A model generated the notes under the pieces. The model was not told where the DNA came from. It made no database searches and saw nothing but the letters and a program-made list of their open reading frames with translations. A stretch of DNA of 10,773 bases from NCBI GenBank assembly GCA_031285625.1, contig JAITVV010000002.1:1-10773 (forward strand), in the 5' to 3' direction. Positions within the stretch are counted from its first letter, which is position 1. The number at the start of each line of letters is the position of its first letter. A program made the position numbers and the translations under genes. Source of the stretch: Prevotella sp. (lineage in GTDB: Bacteria > Bacteroidota > Bacteroidia > Bacteroidales > Dysgonomonadaceae). Positions 7,721 to 10,773 of this stretch are shown here, piece by piece.

Positions 7721-8626
7721 ATGACGATTATGCATAATGTCTGGAAAATAATAGATAATCAGGTTGATCTTAACAAGGGAGCTAATCTTTTTCATGATGA
7801 TTCTTTAGAATTCTCAGATTCATTTGTAGAAATGCTAAACTGTACTAAGGATATCTCTACCCCCGAAATCGAACCCCTTATTTCTTATGCAGTGAATAAA
7901 GTACTGCAAGAATTTTACAGAGTTAATCAATATTATAATTTTAATAAAGAAGCTCAGGATAGTTTAACCAGCCTATATCGAAATTTGCTTATAGAGTTAA
8001 GGCTTCAGTCAATCTCTTTAGAGCAATTATTAAAGAACCACTCTTCATACTTGAAAGAATGGTTGCAACACACAAATTCATTTGCATCAAAGATATATTC
8101 AGATAAAAACAGGAAAATAGATACTGTTCATTGTTTTGAATATAGTAGGGAATTACAGATGGATATTCTCCGGCTGGATATTTCTGATATAGTGGAACCT
8201 GTTTTGGATATTGGATGTGGAAAAGCTGCTACTCTGGTCAAATTCTTAAGGGAAAAGGGTGTTGAAGCAATCGGAATAGATCGGTTCCCGTCCGAATTTC
8301 CTTATCTACACAACATTGACTGGTTGGATTATGATTATGAAAAAAATAAATGGGGAACGATTATTAGTAATCTTGGATTCTCCAATCATTTTATTCATCA
8401 CCACCTGCGAGAAGAAGGAAATTATTTGCAATATGCTAAAAAATATATACAAATACTTCATTCATTGAAACCCGGTGGCTCTTTTCATTATGCACCTGAC
8501 CTCCCTTTTATAGAGCAATATTTGGATGAAAATATGTATGAAGTTGCCAAGAAGAGATTAGAAAAACAAGATCTTTCTTCTGTAATTGTTAAACGTGTGA
8601 AGGTAAAGAAACATAATTATCACTAA
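7721..8626 (+). CDS. Class I SAM-dependent methyltransferase-like protein with an uncharacterised N-terminal region (start 7721 or 7730)
   Basis: Motif I VLDIGCGKA, acidic post-I GID, and HSLKPGG in the C-terminal half. Starts 15 nt after the dnaX stop codon. Confidence 0.8.
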   Translation: MTIMHNVWKIIDNQVDLNKGANLFHDDSLEFSDSFVEMLNCTKDISTPEIEPLISYAVNKVLQEFYRVNQYYNFNKEAQDSLTSLYRNLLIELRLQSISLEQLLKNHSSYLKEWLQHTNSFASKIYSDKNRKIDTVHCFEYSRELQMDILRLDISDIVEPVLDIGCGKAATLVKFLREKGVEAIGIDRFPSEFPYLHNIDWLDYDYEKNKWGTIISNLGFSNHFIHHHLREEGNYLQYAKKYIQILHSLKPGGSFHYAPDLPFIEQYLDENMYEVAKKRLEKQDLSSVIVKRVKVKKHNYH

Positions 8627-8696
8627 TATTCATTTAGATATAATTTCTTTCATTTTTTTATATATATGATTTTCCCTATTTGCAATAAAATCATAT

Positions 8697-8704
8697 TATC
8701 TTTG
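8697..8704 (+). promoter_or_regulatory. Bacteroidota primary-sigma -7 element for purF
   Basis: TATCTTTG matches TAnnTTTG, 28 nt upstream of ATG 8733. Confidence 0.7.
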
Positions 8705-8732
8705 TATCCTCAAAAAATAAGGAGTTACTTTT

Positions 8733-10622
8733 ATGACTGAGCCTTTAAAGCATGAATGCGGTATCGTTATGATACGCTTGCTGAAGCCGCTTGAATACTA
8801 CCAACAAAAATATGGTACATGGCAGTATGGATTGAATAAACTATATCTGCTAATGGAGAAACAACACAATCGCGGGCAAGAAGGCGCCGGATTAGCAGTA
8901 GTCAAATTGGACTCCCCTCCGGGCAGTGAATTTATATTCAGAGAAAGAGCTACAGGTTCGGGTGCAATATCAGAAATCTTTTCGAATGTTTATCAACGAT
9001 ATGAGAAGATGCCATCGGATAAGTTAAATGATCCGGAATATGCCAATAAATATCTGCCTTTTGCCGGAGAATTGTTTCTGGGACATCTGCGTTATAGTAC
9101 TACAGGTAAGAGTGGTATTTCATATGTCCATCCTTTTATGCGCCGCAACAACTGGCGTTCAAGAAATCTGGCTTTAGCCGGGAACTTCAATATGACCAAT
9201 GTCGATGAGTTGTTTGAGGAACTTCTAGAACAGGGGCAACATCCGCGTGACTATGCCGATACATTTGTCTTACTGGAAGCCTTAGGGCATTATCTGGATC
9301 GCGAAATTCAGTATCAATACGATAAGTTTGGCAAAGACGCTAAAGGTGAAGAACTGAATGACCTTATTGAAAAGAACCTAGATATTCACTTTATGCTGAG
9401 TAAAGCCAGCGAAAAATGGGATGGTGGATATACAATAGGAGGGCTTATCGGTTGCGGAGACGGATTTGTATACAGGGATCCTTGTGGTATACGTCCGGCT
9501 TTCTATTACAATGATGATGAGATAGTTGTTGTTGCTTCCGAGCGTCCTGTAATCCAGACAGCGCTAGGTCTTGATGTTTCAGATATCAGAGAACTGGATC
9601 CAGGACAAGCCATTATTGTAAAGAAAGATGGCAGTGTAATATTTTCTCAAATTCAGGAACCAAGAAATGTTTCACCTTGCTCTTTTGAACGTATTTACTT
9701 TTCGCGTGGATCGGATGCAGATATTTACAATGAGCGTAAAAACCTAGGTAGATTTCTACTACCTCAGATATTGAAAGCCATCAATTCTGATATTCAGCAT
9801 ACTGTATTTTCCTTTATTCCCAATACAGCAGAAGTAGCCTTCTTTGGAATGACGGATGCCTTTAATAAGTATATGAATGAAGTTAAACTTCGTAAAATAA
9901 CTGAAAAAGGACTTTCTATCACAGAAGAAGAATTAAAAAGAATCCTGTCGATGCGTGTACGTACCGAAAAAGTAGTTATCAAAGATATAAAGTTACGTAC
10001 TTTTATTGCTCAGGACAACAATCGTGACGACCTGGCTGCCCATGTATACGATGTTACTTACGATTCTGTGCAGCCTGGTCAAGATAACCTTGTCGTAATT
10101 GATGATAGTATTGTACGGGGAACAACATTAAAGCAGAGCATTATAAAAATTCTCGATCGTATACACCCTAAAAAGATTGTTATTGTATCATCGTCTCCTC
10201 AGATACGTTATCCGGATTGCTATGGTATCGATATGTCGCGAATGAGTGAATTTGCGGCTTTTAGGGCTGCTATCGCACTACTTAAGGAGAGGGGAATGCA
10301 ATCGGTCATTGATGAGGTATATCATAAATCACTGGCTCAAAAGGATAAGCCTAAAGAAGAAATAGTGAATTATGTAAAAGAAATTTATGCTCCTTTTACA
10401 GATGAAGAGATTTCTGTTAAAATGGCGCAGATGCTTACTCCTGAAGGTACCAAGGCTGAGATCGAAATTGTCTTTCAAAGTATAGAGAACCTTCATAAGG
10501 CCACTCCTAACCATAGAGGGGACTGGTATTTCTCCGGTAACTACCCTACTCCCGGAGGTAACAGAATGGTTAATACTGCTTTTCTGAATTATATTGAAGG
10601 AATAGATAAACGATCATATTAA
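8733..10622 (+). CDS. purF: Amidophosphoribosyltransferase (glutamine PRPP amidotransferase), long Bacteroidota type
   Basis: 629 aa. LKHE-CG (Ntn nucleophile Cys9), QHNRGQEGAG, GHLRYSTTG, CSFERIYFSR, PRPP-binding VVIDDSIVRGTT, YGIDM and FSGNYP. Confidence 0.95.
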   Translation: MTEPLKHECGIVMIRLLKPLEYYQQKYGTWQYGLNKLYLLMEKQHNRGQEGAGLAVVKLDSPPGSEFIFRERATGSGAISEIFSNVYQRYEKMPSDKLNDPEYANKYLPFAGELFLGHLRYSTTGKSGISYVHPFMRRNNWRSRNLALAGNFNMTNVDELFEELLEQGQHPRDYADTFVLLEALGHYLDREIQYQYDKFGKDAKGEELNDLIEKNLDIHFMLSKASEKWDGGYTIGGLIGCGDGFVYRDPCGIRPAFYYNDDEIVVVASERPVIQTALGLDVSDIRELDPGQAIIVKKDGSVIFSQIQEPRNVSPCSFERIYFSRGSDADIYNERKNLGRFLLPQILKAINSDIQHTVFSFIPNTAEVAFFGMTDAFNKYMNEVKLRKITEKGLSITEEELKRILSMRVRTEKVVIKDIKLRTFIAQDNNRDDLAAHVYDVTYDSVQPGQDNLVVIDDSIVRGTTLKQSIIKILDRIHPKKIVIVSSSPQIRYPDCYGIDMSRMSEFAAFRAAIALLKERGMQSVIDEVYHKSLAQKDKPKEEIVNYVKEIYAPFTDEEISVKMAQMLTPEGTKAEIEIVFQSIENLHKATPNHRGDWYFSGNYPTPGGNRMVNTAFLNYIEGIDKRSY

Positions 10623-10655
10623 AAAGATATAGATAAAATTTAGAAGGCTGGTTAA

Positions 10656-10773
10656 TGAAGTGAACCCTAAAAGTTAGACAAACTTTTAGGGTTTATTTTA
10701 TGTATAAAAAGAAACGTAACAAATTTAGTATTGCAGATCGCGAACGAGCGGTTCTGCTGGTTTTAAATGAAGG
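10656..10773 (+). mobile_element. Left end of an IS3-family insertion sequence (probably IS150 group), truncated by the window edge
   Basis: Begins TGAAGTGAACCCTAAAAGTTAGACA, a 5'-TG terminus resembling IS3/IS150-type inverted repeats, followed closely by an HTH-like ORF. The right end is not in the window. Confidence 0.75.
10700..10773 (+). CDS. 5' fragment of IS3-family transposase OrfA (HTH)
   Basis: ATG 10700 reads MYKKKRNKFSIADRERAVLLVLNE(G) and stays open to the window end. It fits the K/R-rich-[FY]S-x-x-x-[KR]-x-x-AV-x-x-V-x-x-x-G start of IS3 OrfA proteins. Confidence 0.72.
   Translation, partial: MYKKKRNKFSIADRERAVLLVLNE

Noticed and set aside
8627-8732. Purine or ZTP riboswitch upstream of purF
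   Set aside because: The spacer is about 106 nt, very AT-rich and unstructured, and the -7 element leaves only a roughly 20-25 nt leader.
6019-10514. Minus-strand ORFs inside dnaX and purF (6019-6324, 6221-6586, 6706-6978, 9794-9982, 10329-10514)
   Set aside because: Shadow ORFs with no motifs or expression signals.
1-10773. CRISPR array, tRNA or rRNA genes
   Set aside because: No regularly spaced repeats or cloverleaf/rRNA-like sequence in any of the short intergenic regions.

Overview
AT-rich Bacteroidota chromosomal segment. The taxon is inferred from TAnnTTTG -7 promoter elements, A-rich starts mostly lacking Shine-Dalgarno sites, and a long Bacteroidota-type PurF; it is probably Bacteroidales. 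Left to right: the 3' end of a DUF1080 (3-keto-disaccharide hydrolase family) gene; a lipoprotein sugar-phosphate-isomerase/epimerase TIM-barrel gene, the pair resembling the distal half of a 3-keto-glycoside breakdown operon such as BT2159-BT2156; an ApbE flavin transferase with no visible signal peptide; tatA-tatC; a bidirectional terminator; pnp on the minus strand, divergent from dnaX; a class I SAM methyltransferase; purF; and the left end plus orfA start of an IS3-family element at the right edge. The most notable signals are (1) an A10 run in dnaX at the gamma/tau boundary with immediate stops in both alternative frames, (2) a signal-less ApbE between the keto-glycoside genes and tatAC, (3) two long intercistronic hairpins flanking the TIM-barrel gene, one a TGTC-tagged REP-like inverted pair, and (4) an IS-end hairpin that reaches the orfA start codon. 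All calls are from motif recognition by eye; no searches were run.
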